Positions 1-10,449 of a DNA stretch of 64,000 nucleotides are shown here, piece by piece. The DNA lies in contig CAWJKT010000001.1 of the NCBI GenBank assembly GCA_963843375.1, positions 235,993 to 299,992 of the forward strand, in the 5' to 3' direction. How positions within the stretch are numbered: position 1 is the stretch's first letter; each line of letters begins with the position of its first letter. This DNA comes from an uncultured Pseudomonadota bacterium (GTDB taxonomy: Bacteria; Oederibacteriota; Muellerivitia; Muellerivitales; Muellerivitaceae). Both the position numbers and the translations under genes were made by a program. The notes beneath the pieces are model-generated. The model was not told the DNA's origin, made no database searches, and saw only the letters and a list, made by a program, of their open reading frames with translations.

Positions 1-293
1 AGACAAAATTGGTGGAAGCTATAACTTTTCTGCAAAGTCGCTCTGGCGTCCTGCTAACGAGTTTCACCATTACTCCTCCGGCTTCTAAAGACACCTATAC
101 TGAAATACCGATTAATATTCAGTTGCGTTCTGATTTTAAAGGACTGATGAATTTCCTTTATCAATTAAGCACTTCTAATCTATTGATGACTGCTCGTGGA
201 TTAAGGGTGCTTCCTTACGCACCAACCTCTACGGATGATCCGAAACTGTCATTGTCGGCCCAAATCATAGTTAGCGGAGTTCAAGCGAAATAA
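1..293 (+). CDS. pilO: Type IVa pilus assembly protein PilO-like (5' truncated by window edge)
   Basis: C-terminal pattern YTEIPINIQLRSDFKGLMNFLYQL is typical of PilO; lies directly upstream of pilP-like and pilQ. Confidence 0.7.
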   Translation, partial: TKLVEAITFLQSRSGVLLTSFTITPPASKDTYTEIPINIQLRSDFKGLMNFLYQLSTSNLLMTARGLRVLPYAPTSTDDPKLSLSAQIIVSGVQAK

Positions 294-712
294 TGTGGAA
301 TAAAAATTTTTTAAATAAATACTATTTCCTAGTGGTCGCCATCTTTCTTTTAACTATTGTGGTCCACGCACAGCAGCAAGATGTGCCGGAGCCCGTTTTT
401 GTTAACTTTTCAATTCAACCCCCTTATGTTCCGGTTTATCATGGCAGGGATCCCTTTAAGCCTTTGGATAATGTAAATCGGTCTCCTCAAATTTCAATCT
501 CTGAATTAGAGTATCATGGTGTTATAGTCATAGCGGGGAATCCAATGGCCTTATTTACCTGGCGCGGGAACCAAGCTGTTCGATATACCCTTAAATATAG
601 AAGATTGTATAACGATGCCGATGTGGAAGTTGATGGGGTGGTAGGAGATATTGCGGAATCTGAGATTACCTTGATTCAAGGTGACCAAAAAGTTGATTAT
701 CCAAGGAAATGA
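293..712 (+). CDS. pilP: PilP-like pilus assembly protein
   Basis: Signal peptide, GRDPFKPL motif, ISELEYHGVI segment; lies between pilO and pilQ; TAATG coupling with pilO. Confidence 0.6.
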   Translation: MWNKNFLNKYYFLVVAIFLLTIVVHAQQQDVPEPVFVNFSIQPPYVPVYHGRDPFKPLDNVNRSPQISISELEYHGVIVIAGNPMALFTWRGNQAVRYTLKYRRLYNDADVEVDGVVGDIAESEITLIQGDQKVDYPRK

Positions 713-727
713 AAAGGAGACCATAAG

Positions 728-3112
728 ATGCGACGTTTTTGTTCGCACTTGATCGGATGCCTTCTGGGATTTGGAATTCTACTTGCTAGTAATTGGATTT
801 CGTGGGCTGATGACATTGAAATCGATATGAGCGCGGGCTCCACTCCAACCCCAAACAGAGCGTCTCCTTTAAAGGTTGTTCCGACGCCTGAAGTCACTAC
901 AAAGGATAATGAAACTCCCGTAATTGACAATTCGAAAAATGATTCCGGTTTAGCTGAAACGCCTTCCTCGAAAGAAAAAGGAGTGGGCGGAAAAAGAATT
1001 ATTAATGCATTGAATTTTACGACTGAAAATAATGGCGTTAAAGTTTCAATCGAAGGAAATAATCTTCCGAAACCTTTAATTCAAAAGTTGCCGAATAATA
1101 GAATATTGTTAAAGTTTGTTAAGACAAAATTAAATATAGCGACCAAAATTGAGGGCGGGGTTTCTTTAGTGAAGGATGTTCGCTCTTCAATTCATGGTGG
1201 AACGGCATGGCTGGTTCTGGATGTCGATAATATCAAAAAGTTAAATCTTGAAAAGTCAGAGGTGGGTTTTTCATTATTTCTCAACTCGGAACAAGTTGAA
1301 AATAACGCGAATATTCCAGAAACCACTGTTCCGGTGGCTGATAGCACGGGGGATAAACAAAAGGGTTTGTTTTCCAGGCTCGTTGATGTTTCTTTAAAAC
1401 CAACCGTTAACGGTATTAAAGTGGTTTTGACCTGCGATGGTCCTTCAAAGTATATAATCCGAAAATTATCTCAACCCGAAAAATTAATTATACGTTTTCA
1501 GGACACCAAATTAGAAATCGACGATAAATTAAAAACAATCAAAGCAAATGAAAATGAAATTCAAAAAGGTGGGTTGCTTTCAGTGGACAGTCGACAAATA
1601 GGTCCCGGTTTTTCGCCGATTTCGGAGGTTATGTTAACACTCGTTCCAGGAACGATAAGCCAAATTGATCGGGATTTGAATCAAGTGGTTCTGAATTTGT
1701 CGGCTCCGCCGGTCGTTCAAAAACCCGAGGAGAAAAAAGGAAATCTGAATCAAATTATTTCAATGGATCTTGAAAGCGCTGATATTAATGCCGTGATTAA
1801 AACAATTGCAGGGGAAGCTGGTTTTGAAGTGAATTTTGTGGGAGGCCCTTTGACCGGCATAGTTTCAGAAAAGTTTAAGGATATTCCTTTTAAAACAGCT
1901 CTTTCCGATTTGCTGGCTCCGGGAAATTATGGTTATGACCTTCAAGGAAATACTCTCCGGGTTGGTCCGCAAGCTACCCTTAAAAGCACGAAGTTGATTT
2001 TGCCGCATATCACTGAAATTATAAATACTGCCGGTGGAAAAACTCCGGATGCATTTGATACTTTGGTGAGGTCCGTTCTACCCCCATCGAACGCTTCGAC
2101 TAGTTTTTTTGATACGACTCGAAATGTAATAATTTTAAATGGAACGGCTTCTGATATTGAAGAATACAAAATGGCTATTAAGGATTTGAAGCTTGATGAG
2201 GGCTCGTTTGGGGACCGGATTATTAGGGTTGTTAAGTTAAACTATGCCGATGCCGCACAAATAAGTGTCCTCTTAACACCTTATTTGACCCCTGTGGGTA
2301 AAGTTCAAATTAAAAAAGATTTACAACAGTTGGTAATTTGGGAGACTCCCGAAAGAATGGGTGTTCTTTTGGAATTAATCAATGAGTTGGATATCAAGCC
2401 GCCACAGGTATTAATTGAATCCAACATTATTGAAATTGATGATGAGAATGATTCAGCTATGGGGGTTGTTTGGTCCGCAAATCGAGGAACAGGCAATCCT
2501 ACATTTTCAGCTGGAGTTGATCTTCCTCCCACAAATACAAATGCTGCTCCAGGAATATTGAGTTTTGGAACGGTTCAGAGCGGCATGAATATTTCTGCAA
2601 ATATAGAAGCGTTAGTCACGCACAAAAAAGGGAAGGTCATTTCGCGGCCCAGAGTATCGACCCAAAGTGGAATTACAGCTGAAATAAACGAAACGGAAAA
2701 TGTCATTATCCCTACGATTACCCAAACTTCCGTTCCTAACGTTGGCATTCAAACGGTCGAAACATTTACATCGGTAGCCCTTCCTATCGATCTAAAAGTG
2801 ACTCCTCGCATATCGGATGACGGAAAGATTACAACTGTGATCAGTGCTTCCATCACCACACCAAATGGAATTGCGGCACCCAACGCACCCCCGCCAACGA
2901 GTGTTCAAACGGCTACAACTACCATCACGACAAAAAATGGAGAAACAATCGTGATTGGCGGACTTGTAAGGGACGTTGTACAAGAAGAAACCGATGGATT
3001 GCCACTATTGTCTAGTCTTCCAATAATTGGAAGTTTGTTTCAAGTGCATTCCAAGACTGATCAAAAAGAAGAGTTAGTTATATTTGTCACTCCTACCTTG
3101 CTTGAAGATTAG
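728..3112 (+). CDS. pilQ: Type IV pilus secretin PilQ (two AMIN-like domains, N domains, secretin domain)
   Basis: Secretin motifs LDIKPPQVLIESNIIE, GETIVIGGL, GLPLLSSLPIIGSLF, EELVIFVTP; pilQ-aro synteny. Confidence 0.92.
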   Translation: MRRFCSHLIGCLLGFGILLASNWISWADDIEIDMSAGSTPTPNRASPLKVVPTPEVTTKDNETPVIDNSKNDSGLAETPSSKEKGVGGKRIINALNFTTENNGVKVSIEGNNLPKPLIQKLPNNRILLKFVKTKLNIATKIEGGVSLVKDVRSSIHGGTAWLVLDVDNIKKLNLEKSEVGFSLFLNSEQVENNANIPETTVPVADSTGDKQKGLFSRLVDVSLKPTVNGIKVVLTCDGPSKYIIRKLSQPEKLIIRFQDTKLEIDDKLKTIKANENEIQKGGLLSVDSRQIGPGFSPISEVMLTLVPGTISQIDRDLNQVVLNLSAPPVVQKPEEKKGNLNQIISMDLESADINAVIKTIAGEAGFEVNFVGGPLTGIVSEKFKDIPFKTALSDLLAPGNYGYDLQGNTLRVGPQATLKSTKLILPHITEIINTAGGKTPDAFDTLVRSVLPPSNASTSFFDTTRNVIILNGTASDIEEYKMAIKDLKLDEGSFGDRIIRVVKLNYADAAQISVLLTPYLTPVGKVQIKKDLQQLVIWETPERMGVLLELINELDIKPPQVLIESNIIEIDDENDSAMGVVWSANRGTGNPTFSAGVDLPPTNTNAAPGILSFGTVQSGMNISANIEALVTHKKGKVISRPRVSTQSGITAEINETENVIIPTITQTSVPNVGIQTVETFTSVALPIDLKVTPRISDDGKITTVISASITTPNGIAAPNAPPPTSVQTATTTITTKNGETIVIGGLVRDVVQEETDGLPLLSSLPIIGSLFQVHSKTDQKEELVIFVTPTLLED

Positions 3113-3131
3113 CGGTAATTAAACATAAAGC

Positions 3132-3159
3132 AATCACCTTCGAAGGTGATTATCTTTTT
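3132..3159 (+). terminator. Probable intrinsic terminator after pilQ
   Basis: Perfect palindrome AATCACCTTCGAAGGTGATT followed by ATCTTTTT. Confidence 0.6.
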
Positions 3160-3202
3160 ACAAATAATCAAAGCCAGCCTAAATTTCATGGAGATATGAA
3201 TC

Positions 3203-4366
3203 GTGAATATACGTTTTTTAACGGCAGGTGAGTCGCACGGAAAAGGCACGGTGGCCATTTTAGAAGGTTTTCCGGCTGGATTACCTATTTCTGCTGCCGA
3301 AATAAACACAGAATTAGCGCGACGACAAAAAGGCTACGGTCGTGGAGGCCGTATGCTTATTGAAAGCGATCATGTCGAAATACTTTCAGGTATCCGAAGA
3401 GGAGAAACTTTAGGATCGCCAATAACTTTGTTCGTTAAAAATAAAGACTATGAGAATTGGGAAAAAATCATGACTCCTGATTTTTCAAGTGAAAAAACAG
3501 GAAACCTACTTCAAAGACCTAGGCCAGGTCACGCTGATTTACCAGGGGGGATTAAATACAATCATAGGGATTTGAGAAACATATTAGAAAGAGCAAGTGC
3601 CCGGGAAACAACCGCTAGAGTAGCGGCGGGAGCGGTCGCAAAAAAATTTTTAAAAACATTCAATATTTTAATTCAAAGTCATGTAAGACAATTGGGTTCG
3701 TCCGTATCAAACAGTAAAATTTTAAAATATGAAGGTCTTAATGAAAAAGCGGATAAATCCCCTGTCCGAATTTTGGAAAAAAAGGCGGAAAAAAAGGCTA
3801 TTGCCCTTATTGATCAAGCAAAATTAAAAGGTGATACTTTAGGCGGGATCTTTGAAATTATAATAACTGGTGTTCCTATCGGACTTGGGAGCCATGTTCA
3901 ATGGGATAGGAAATTAGATGGACGATTAGCTCAATCCTTGTTGAGTTTACAAGCTATTAAAGGAATTGAATTTGGCGAAGGTTTTAGAAATGCGGGTAGA
4001 TTTGGATCGGAAGTTCATGACGAAATTGCCTATAGTAAGTCTAAGGGTTTTTATCATTTCTCAAATAACGCCGGAGGAATTGAAGGCGGAATGAGTAATG
4101 GAGAGCCTATTGTATTGCGAGTGGCCAAAAAACCCATTTCGACCCTTCGTAAGCCATTGCGGTCCGTTAATATTGAAAGCAAAAAAGAAATCAAGGCGGC
4201 ATATGAACGCTCGGATGTTTGTGCCCTGCCCGCGGCAGCAGTTATCGGAGAGGCTCTCTGTGCCTGGGTTATTTCAGAAGCCTTTTTAGAGAAAATGGGC
4301 GGCGATTTTATGAAAGAAATCCAAGAACGATTTAAAGTTTATTTAAAGCACATAAGAGAGTATTAA
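3203..4366 (+). CDS. aroC: Chorismate synthase
   Basis: TAGESHG, RPGHAD, ERASARET, ERSDVC motifs. Confidence 0.98.
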   Translation: MNIRFLTAGESHGKGTVAILEGFPAGLPISAAEINTELARRQKGYGRGGRMLIESDHVEILSGIRRGETLGSPITLFVKNKDYENWEKIMTPDFSSEKTGNLLQRPRPGHADLPGGIKYNHRDLRNILERASARETTARVAAGAVAKKFLKTFNILIQSHVRQLGSSVSNSKILKYEGLNEKADKSPVRILEKKAEKKAIALIDQAKLKGDTLGGIFEIIITGVPIGLGSHVQWDRKLDGRLAQSLLSLQAIKGIEFGEGFRNAGRFGSEVHDEIAYSKSKGFYHFSNNAGGIEGGMSNGEPIVLRVAKKPISTLRKPLRSVNIESKKEIKAAYERSDVCALPAAAVIGEALCAWVISEAFLEKMGGDFMKEIQERFKVYLKHIREY

Positions 4367-4375
4367 TCTGCAAAA

Positions 4376-4915
4376 ATGGGAAAACCTTCCAACATTATCC
4401 TTGTCGGTTTTATGGGTTCAGGAAAAACTTCAACGGGTAAAGAACTATCAAAAGCACTGGGCTACAATTTTTTTGATATGGATAATTGGATAGAAGAGAA
4501 AAATGAGAAGAAAATATCAGAGATTTTTGAGAAAAATGGAGAAGCTTATTTTCGCCAACAAGAAATAGAAGCAATCAAATGGCTCGAGGGAAAAAATGAT
4601 TATGTGGTGTCAACGGGTGGTGGAACTTGGATCGATAAAAAAAACAGGGAAAATCTTTCAAAATTGGGTTGGTGTATTTGGCTTAAAGTTGCCCCTGAAA
4701 GTTTATGGAAAAGGGTTTCAAATCATTTGGATCAGCGGCCTTTGTTGTCAAAATCTAAAAATCCAGTTGAATATCTTGAAACATTATTAAAAGAAAGAAT
4801 TCCATTTTATTCACTTGCTCAAGCTAGTTTTGATTCAAGTGAAAAGAGTCCGAAAGAAATAGCGCTTGAAATTATCGAGACCTTGAAAAAGAACCGACCA
4901 TTTGACTTAACATAA
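4376..4915 (+). CDS. aroK: Shikimate kinase
   Basis: GFMGSGKTS P-loop, GEAYFR, STGGG, RPLL. Confidence 0.96.
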   Translation: MGKPSNIILVGFMGSGKTSTGKELSKALGYNFFDMDNWIEEKNEKKISEIFEKNGEAYFRQQEIEAIKWLEGKNDYVVSTGGGTWIDKKNRENLSKLGWCIWLKVAPESLWKRVSNHLDQRPLLSKSKNPVEYLETLLKERIPFYSLAQASFDSSEKSPKEIALEIIETLKKNRPFDLT

Positions 4916-4990
4916 CGATATAAACAAACTCCCGAATTTTGCAGAATTGCGATCCAAGAAAAATATTTTTAGTTTATGGTGATTTTGTTC

Positions 4991-6115
4991 ATGAAAAACG
5001 AGCCAAAAGTGCAAAAAAAAATAAAAGTTAATTTAGGCGATAGAGGCTATAAAATTTTTATTCAAAACAATATTTTGAATAAAAGCGGGGCAATAGTTAA
5101 GGAAATTACTCGATCTAATAAAATCGCGATATTATCAAATCCCTTTATTTTTAAAAAATATGGAAAAGGTTTAATTGAAAGCTTAAAAAAATTTGGTTTG
5201 CAAACGACTTTAATTTTTATCTCTGAGGGAGAACAGAATAAAAATGAGCGTTCTTTACTTTACATCATTAAAAATTTGGCACGAAATGGTTTTCAAAGAG
5301 ATCATTGCCTCCTTGCATTGGGTGGTGGCGTAATCGGCGATTTAGGTGGGTTGGCGTCTTCGATTTATATGCGAGGAATTGATTTTATTCAATGTCCCAC
5401 TACTTTTTTGTCCCAAGTTGACGCGAGCATTGGAGGTAAAACAGCGATTGATTTTGAAGGGATTAAAAATTTAATAGGAACTTTTTACCAGCCTAAAGTA
5501 GTTTTAATCGATCCGATTGTGCTTAAAACTTTAGACAACCGCCCATTTAAAACGGGGTTGGCCGAAGTTATTAAATATAGCGTGATCCAAGATGAGAAAA
5601 TGTTTGAATTTATTGAGAACAATATTGACCTTATTTTGAAAAGAGATCCTAAAATAATTCATTATCTAATTACAAAATCCTGTGATATTAAAGCCAAAAT
5701 TGTTTCTCGAGACGAAAAAGATGAAGGTCGGCGCGCCTGGCTTAATTATGGACATACATTAGGTCACGCCCTGGAGTCTTATTACAAATACCAAGTATTA
5801 ACCCATGGAGAAGCAATATCTTTTGGAATGTGGTTTGCCACTTTACTTTCATTAAGACTCAAATTGTGTTCGGCCGATGTTTTGAAACGCCAATTTGAAT
5901 TGTTTAAAAAAGTGGGATTGCTTCAAAAACTTCCATATTTTGATCCGCGAAAAGTTTATCAAAAGATGTTTTTGGACAAAAAAGTCCGAAATGGTCAAGT
6001 CCAATTTGTATTGACAAGAAAAATTGGTCTTGTTACTATTCAAAAAAATATCTCAAAATCAACGATTTTTTCTGCTTTAAATCAACTCCAGGTTGAAGCA
6101 AGTGAGTTAAAATAA
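4991..6115 (+). CDS. aroB: 3-dehydroquinate synthase (start could be 4976)
   Basis: ALGGGVIGDL, PTTFLSQVDASIGGKT, LNYGHTLGHALE. Confidence 0.97.
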   Translation: MKNEPKVQKKIKVNLGDRGYKIFIQNNILNKSGAIVKEITRSNKIAILSNPFIFKKYGKGLIESLKKFGLQTTLIFISEGEQNKNERSLLYIIKNLARNGFQRDHCLLALGGGVIGDLGGLASSIYMRGIDFIQCPTTFLSQVDASIGGKTAIDFEGIKNLIGTFYQPKVVLIDPIVLKTLDNRPFKTGLAEVIKYSVIQDEKMFEFIENNIDLILKRDPKIIHYLITKSCDIKAKIVSRDEKDEGRRAWLNYGHTLGHALESYYKYQVLTHGEAISFGMWFATLLSLRLKLCSADVLKRQFELFKKVGLLQKLPYFDPRKVYQKMFLDKKVRNGQVQFVLTRKIGLVTIQKNISKSTIFSALNQLQVEASELK

Positions 6116-6118
6116 TTT

Positions 6119-7415
6119 ATGGCGAAGGATATAAATACGTCCGAAATAATCGAGTTAAAAAAGAAATTAGACGAAAATCCTGACTCGCTTATTTTTGCCC
6201 CTTTGGCTGATGCTTATCGAAAGAACGGGGGGTTGGAAGAAGCCTTTAAGATATGCAAGAAGGGTTTAGAAAAACATCCTAACTATACAAGCGCAAGAGT
6301 TGTTTTGGGGCGAATCTATCAGGAACAGGAAAAAATAGATCAGGCCGCCAACGAATTTAAAAAGGTTTTAGAAACGGATCCGGAAAATTTAATGGCCCAT
6401 TCTCTCCTCGGGGCAATCTATGTTGCGCGAGGGAGATTGCCAGTCCGCAATCGAAGAGTATCAAAAAATATTGACCTTGAACCCTGATGATGAAGAAACT
6501 CAAGGGGCCCTCAAACAAGCAATTGAAAAAGCAGCGGAAGAACAAAAATCAAATAATGGGCCCAAAAAAGAGTTATTGGCTTCCGAAAAAAAGAACTCTC
6601 CAAAAGAAAGTACGGCTTCGTTAACCATAGCTGAACTTTATTTAAAACAAGGTCATTTTGATAAAGCTGTTGAAGTCTTCCAAGAACTTTTAGCCAATGA
6701 TCCCCAGAATTTGATGTTGCGTCAAAAATTAATGGAAGTTGTAGACCGTCAACAAAAAGAATCTTCTGTTGATACGAGTGTATCCAAATTAAAGAAAAGT
6801 GAATTTATTCAACCGCCTGACCATAAAGAAGACGTTCTTGAGGAAAGCCGACCAGATTTAAAACGTCCAGTGACAGCCAAAAAAAATGACGATACAAAAT
6901 TTACAAGTGATGATATCTTGCAGGTGATGCGTCGTGGCGGAAAAGATGATGTTGTGGTTGAAGAAGGAAGCGATTTTGATAAACCTAAAAATAATTCAAA
7001 ATTGGTTCGAGATGTTAAAGTGGGAAGTCCGGAAAAGAAGCAAGACAGTTTATTGTCATCCGAACAGATTGAGAATTTAAAAGGAATTTTATCCGAACTT
7101 GGTTCTGTTGAAGGAATTATGAGATGCCTTTTAACAAAGGGAGACGGAATAAATATTGTTTCTTTTGGCGAACAAACCAACAGTAGTGAACTAGGTAAAG
7201 AAACAGCCGTTATTTTTGAAAACACGAATAAATCGGTTGCCCAACTTAATCAGGGCAAATTGAATCAAGTGCTTATTACAGCAGATTCGGGACACATATT
7301 ATTGGTATCATTTAAAGATTTTGTTTTAATTGTTTTAGCTAACAGCAGGATAAATCTTGGATTATTGAGGCTAGCTTTGGATTCTGCCATCAAGAAACTC
7401 GACAGAATTTTATAG
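6119..7415 (+). CDS. TPR-repeat protein with C-terminal Roadblock/LC7 domain (one apparent frameshift near 6430 joins ORFs 6119-6487 and 6420-7415)
   Basis: TPR repeats continue across the shift (GAIYVAR/GDCQSAIEEYQKILTLNPDD); C-terminal LNQVLITADSGHILLV...NLGLLRL is roadblock-like. Confidence 0.8.
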
Positions 7416-7486
7416 TTTTCCAATAAAAAAAAAACTATATTGATCTGCCTTGATGGATTTAAAAGAAATTCGGGCAGGATTACTTC

Positions 7487-7846
7487 ATGGATTTTAAAAA
7501 AATATTAGAAGAAACTCTTTCAAATGTTGAAGGGGCTATAGGAGCAGGATTAGTTGGAATGGATGGGATTGTTATTGACCAAATTTCACACAATTCTACT
7601 TTTGACATTAACGCAGTTGGCGCAGAGTACTCAAGCATTATTAAAAATGCAATGCGCGCTTCCTCAAATTTCGGACTTGGAAATACCACCGAAATTTTAA
7701 TCACTACTGATAAAGCAACAATGATCATGATGATGGTCGGTTTAAATTATTTCGTGACTCTTGCCATTAATCTTGACGGGAACTTAGGAAGAGGTCGGTT
7801 GGAGTTGAAGAAGGCTATTCCTAAGTTTGAAAAAGAGTTGACCTGA
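7487..7846 (+). CDS. Roadblock/LC7 domain protein, MglC-like
   Basis: VEGAIGAGLVGMDGIVID and GNLGRGRLEL; position after pilQ-aro-TPR matches the known mglC neighbourhood. Confidence 0.85.
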   Translation: MDFKKILEETLSNVEGAIGAGLVGMDGIVIDQISHNSTFDINAVGAEYSSIIKNAMRASSNFGLGNTTEILITTDKATMIMMMVGLNYFVTLAINLDGNLGRGRLELKKAIPKFEKELT

Positions 7847-7850
7847 TTCT

Positions 7851-8688
7851 TTGGCGCCCCAATTGAATGTTCAGCCGGCTGCACCTTTCCCAAAAATCTC
7901 AGTTTTATTTACCCTAAAAGAAATTATTAAATCTTGGTTCTGGCGATATTTTGATAATTTCTTTCATCTTGTTTTCTATAATTTTTGCTGGGTGTTTTCA
8001 TGTTTTGGTTTTGGTTGGTTATTTGTGCACTTTAATTTCGGGGCCTTTTTAAAGCAGATAAGGTTCTTGGATGTTTTTTTGATTTATATATTGGAAACGA
8101 TGATTTCGCTTGGTTGGGCTTACCTCGTTTTTAAAGTTTTTATTGAGGGGGAAGGAAGCTTACGGGATGTTTGGCTGGGGATCAGAAAATATATATTTAA
8201 AGCAATGGGTGTTTCAATTATTTCGGGGTTTGTTGTAGGTATTTCATTATTTAATATCCGATTTTATTTTCATCTTAATAACCCGCATCGGTTTACTGAT
8301 TTTTTATTAATGGGTTTTATTGCTTGGATTTTGGCTTTTTGGATATCGAGTTCTGCATATTATTGGCCGGTATTATTTTTTCAAAATCCTCCATTTCTTA
8401 AGATCTTTTACAAATCATTCCTCCTGGTTCTTGGAAATTGGCCTCTTTCCATTCTAACGTTATTCATTTGTTTAGCTTTTATATTGTTATTTTCAATTGT
8501 TTGGCCATTATGGTTCTTTGTTGGAGGTGTTCTTTTGTTTTCGCTTCAATGTGTTACCCTTGAAAAACAACTGTCTAATGTATAAAATAACTTATGGGAA
8601 TAAACCTTTGGATGCTCTTATGGAGATATGGGACCATGAACAACAACGAGGTTGGCGTGAATTTTTTAAACCATGGGAGAATAAATGA
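7851..8688 (+). CDS. Multi-pass membrane protein, YesL/DUF624-like (apparent frameshift near 8575)
   Basis: About 6 hydrophobic helices; C-terminal HEQQRGWREFFKPWE is in the adjacent frame and couples to the ftsB start. Confidence 0.55.
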
Positions 8689-8972
8689 AAGAGTCTAAAA
8701 AATGGATAAATGTGTCTATATGTATTGTTTCCATTTATCTTCTTTTTAGTGGCAACCGCGGTTTATGGAATCTCTATAAACTTAATCAAGAAAAAAATAG
8801 TTTGTCTAAACAAGTTTTAATATTGAAAAACCAAATTGACAACTTTCAAGTGGAGTATAAATATTTTTCAAAAAGTAGTTCGGCTTTTGAAAAACAAGCG
8901 CGAGAAGATTTGAACCTAGTGAAACCAGGAGAGTTGGTTTACAAATTTGCAAAAAAAGATGGTCAATATTAG
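8685..8972 (+). CDS. ftsB: Septum formation initiator FtsB/DivIC family
   Basis: TM helix, GNRGL, coiled coil, EKQAREDLNLVKPGELVY. Confidence 0.85.
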   Translation: MKESKKWINVSICIVSIYLLFSGNRGLWNLYKLNQEKNSLSKQVLILKNQIDNFQVEYKYFSKSSSAFEKQAREDLNLVKPGELVYKFAKKDGQY

Positions 8973-8985
8973 CTCCGAATCTTGA

Positions 8986-9014
8986 TTGACTTCCATTCCC
9001 TTGGCCGGTATCCT
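8986..9014 (+). promoter_or_regulatory. Sigma70-type promoter for the tRNA pair
   Basis: TTGACT-N17-TATCCT upstream of tRNA-Leu. Confidence 0.55.
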
Positions 9015-9112
9015 GTTTTTCTTTTTAACGCATCTTGAAAAACCTTTGACTACATTTTCAAAAGAACCAAAATTTGAATTTTTGGTTTAGAAGTGGTGAT
9101 CGGGTGTTTTTC

Positions 9113-9200
9113 GCCGAGATGGCGGAACTGGCAGACGCAAGGGACTTAAAATCCCTCGGGCCTAAAGCCCGTCCCGGTTCGATTCCGGGTCTCGGCACCA
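9113..9200 (+). tRNA. tRNA-Leu(TAA)
   Basis: Cloverleaf with long variable arm, anticodon loop CT-TAA-AA, GGTTCGATTCC T-arm, encoded CCA. Confidence 0.97.
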
Positions 9201-9252
9201 TTGATTTGTTATTTTCATTTAAAAGTCCGAGCGCTTTAATGCGCCAAAAAGA

Positions 9253-9329
<77 letters not shown>

Positions 9330-9337
9330 TTGTTAAT

Positions 9338-9366
9338 AAAGTCGCTCCGTAAGGAGCGGCTTTTTT
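9338..9366 (+). terminator. Intrinsic terminator of tRNA operon
   Basis: GTCGCTCC-GTAA-GGAGCGGC followed by T6. Confidence 0.9.
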
Positions 9367-9624
9367 AATTTAATTTTTTTAGAAGTCGAACCTCCCATTT
9401 TAAAAAAACATTTAAATTTATATCTTATTGTTGAACGAATTTACGAGCTCCTGCCAATTGCAATTTAAGGACAAATTAAAATTAACCATAGAACCGCTTG
9501 AGCGTTATGAAGGATTATGTCGAGGCGCGGTGTTAAATTAGAAGACAAGTGTAAAATATTCAAAAGCCAGCTTTATTCTTTTGGTATCAAAAAAACTATC
9601 GAACAAATTCAAGGTTAGGTTAGC

Positions 9625-10414
9625 TTGCGTTTATCCGCTTCCATATCGCCTTGGCTTCCGTTATTAAAAGATTTTCTTTCAACTCTCATCGTTTTGGAAG
9701 AAAAGGCTGCGGAGCTTTATCACCTATCCTTTAATGGAAAAACCATGTTTCCCTTATGGATCGAGATGTTACTGTTTTGGGAGTGGAAAATAGCGGACGT
9801 TTAAAACAAAAATTGCATGATCATCTTTTAAAACAAGGTTTTCACCGTACTTTTAAAAAAAATGGCCCGGGCCAAAAAGTCAATCCGTGCTATTTTCGAG
9901 AGGATTTGGGAGTCATTCAGTTTGTTTGTCCGCAAATTCGTTTAAACCAAAAGGTTTCAACTCTGGTTTAGCGGCTCTTCCTGACAAACGATTTGCATTT
10001 CTTTTGGAAAATCCTCATTTTGTTGATGTGTCTTATCTGGGTATTCAATATGAAGTTCTTTTGCCACAAGTAGGAAGGTTTATTTTAGATAAGGGTTTAC
10101 AATTGAGTAGCGGACGTTTTTTGAATCCTAACAAAATTTATGAGTCGGCACGAAACCTTTTAATTATTCTGGACTTATTGGTGGCAAATGATGATTTACA
10201 AGAAGAGACATTGAATGACTTTTTAGAAATTCGGCCCCCCGCACTCGTTAAGGAGTTTTTTAGAATTTTGAAAGAAAATGGCCCAGGATCGGTGATTTGG
10301 GATTCCGCCCAAAAATTTTATTTGGAAAGATATTCGGAATCAAGAATAGTTACATTGACCAAGTGGTATTGGAAGTTTCTCCCCAGCGCCGCACGGTTCC
10401 TAAAAAACCAATGA
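9625..10414 (+). CDS. Hypothetical protein resembling a degenerate GSU2403/AbiEii-like nucleotidyltransferase fold (about two apparent frameshifts; start uncertain)
   Basis: Joined frames give LLKDFLSTLIVL..AAELY...LLKQGF...IQFVCP...GLAALPDKRFAFLLENP...VLLPQVGRFILDKGL, recognised by pattern only. Confidence 0.4.
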
Positions 10415-10449
10415 AGTAATGAATCCTATGGGGTCGGTGAAATGATAGA

